Part shown: in pieces, positions 62,860 to 64,000 of the stretch | Numbering within the stretch: the stretch's first letter is position 1 | Layout of the letters: each line of letters begins with the position of its first letter | DNA from: Octopus vulgaris | Taxonomy: Eukaryota | Length of the DNA: 64,000 nucleotides | Assembly (NCBI GenBank): GCA_951406725.2 | Contig: OX597822.1 | Span: 37,076,001-37,140,000, forward strand | Direction: 5' to 3' | Translations under genes and position numbers: made by a program | Notes under the pieces: generated by a model | The model's input: only the letters and a program-made list of their open reading frames with translations | Databases searched by the model: none | Told to the model about the DNA's origin: nothing

Positions 62860-63390
62860 ATCACTCACTAGAAGTAGTCAATAGTTTTCATTATCTAGGA
62901 GATGTAATTAGCAGGGAGGTGACTGCTCTGAAAGTATAGTAGCCAGGTTAAGCTGGAAAAAGTTCAGTGAGTTTCTATTGCTCCTGGTGACAAAAGATTT
63001 TTCCTGCTGAGTGAAGGAGAGATTGTATGATGCTTGTGCTAGAACTGTGATGTTGCATGTTTATGAGACATGAGCCAGGAATATAGAGGACAACTTGGAC
63101 TTGAGAAAAGTAGAAAGAAATGCAGTGAGCATGCTCCATTGGGTGTGCAGGAATGACATAGTGCAAATGTGCTGAGAGAAAAACTGGGTATAAGAGGAAT
63201 CAGATGTAGTATGCAAGAGGAATGACTGTTTGTATGACTCTTGTGTTAGAACAGCAATGCTTGACAAAACAGGAAAGAAATGAAACAAGCATACTTCATG
63301 GGACGTGTAAGTGCTTATGAACAACATAGTACAAATGTACTGAGAGAAAAACTGATCATAAGGAGAACGAAAACTACTTTGGCATGAATA
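62860..63390 (+). mobile_element. RTE LINE C-terminal fragment
   Basis: LEVVNSFHYLGDVI...WKKFSE...RLYDACARTVMLH; internal duplication of caaatg(t/c)..gagagaaaaactg. Confidence 0.65.
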
Positions 63391-64000
63391 TATCATGTAT
63401 ATGGGCTTTCAGTTTCCATCTACCAAATCCACTTACAAGGCTGTGGTCAGCCTGAGGCTATAGTGGAAGACACTTGCCCAAGGTGCCACACAGTAGAACT
63501 GAACCTGGAACCATGTGTTTGGAAAGCAAGCTACTTACCAAATAGACACTCCTGCACTAATTGCAAACAAGTACCACTGTCATACAAACTGGGTCGTTTG
63601 TTTACAATCTTCCATGTTGGTATGACCAGCCAATTTTTTTGCTTGTGTTTGAAGAATTGGGGAAAATTACATTGTTTAGAAGCAGATGAAGGTAGGGGAC
63701 TGGAAGATCATATGGCTGTAGAAAATTTGCCTCAACAAATTTTGTTTGATCCATACAAGCATTGAGAAGTGGACATTAAGTGATGATGATGTTGACAATC
63801 AGCCCTACACACACAAGCACACTCAGATGTGAAGTTACATAAGTGAGTCAAGGACCAAGAGTTTTATGAATTGTACTTATCTAACTAAATTGTAAATCCA
63901 CTTTAAAAAAACAAACTCTTTCTCTTTCTCTCTTCCTGTATGTATGTATGTATGTGTATATATGTATGTATGTGTGTGTGTGTACATATGTATGTGTGAG

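Overview
AT-rich, SINE- and microsatellite-dense animal genomic DNA. The repeat families and the long single-exon C2H2 gene point to an octopus or other coleoid cephalopod (inference). Two protein-coding genes are well supported, both on the + strand. (1) The 3' part of SMARCAL1 (SNF2-family annealing helicase) is reconstructed as 13 GT-AG exons with consistent phases, from helicase motif I (1238) to the stop (23090); its 5' exons lie upstream of the window. (2) A single-coding-exon C2H2 zinc-finger gene (37097-39253) has 19 intact fingers and 1 degenerate finger. The rest is mostly tRNA-derived SINEs, RTE, Rex3-like and R4/Dong LINE remnants, Tc1/mariner remnants, and hAT, piggyBac-type and other MITEs. 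Most interesting observations: a DNMT1-type PCNA-binding (PIP) motif in the SMARCAL1 terminal exon; a diverged ~300-400 bp promoter/first-exon-like module present three times with a conserved motif and GTAAGT donor; a 129-bp MITE with a 9-bp TSD and telomere-like core; a minimal hammerhead-like motif in a SMARCAL1 intron; a possibly twin-primed (5'-inverted) Rex3-like LINE; and a candidate unannotated spliced minus-strand transcript near 51 kb. No database searches were run; all identifications come from reading the sequence.
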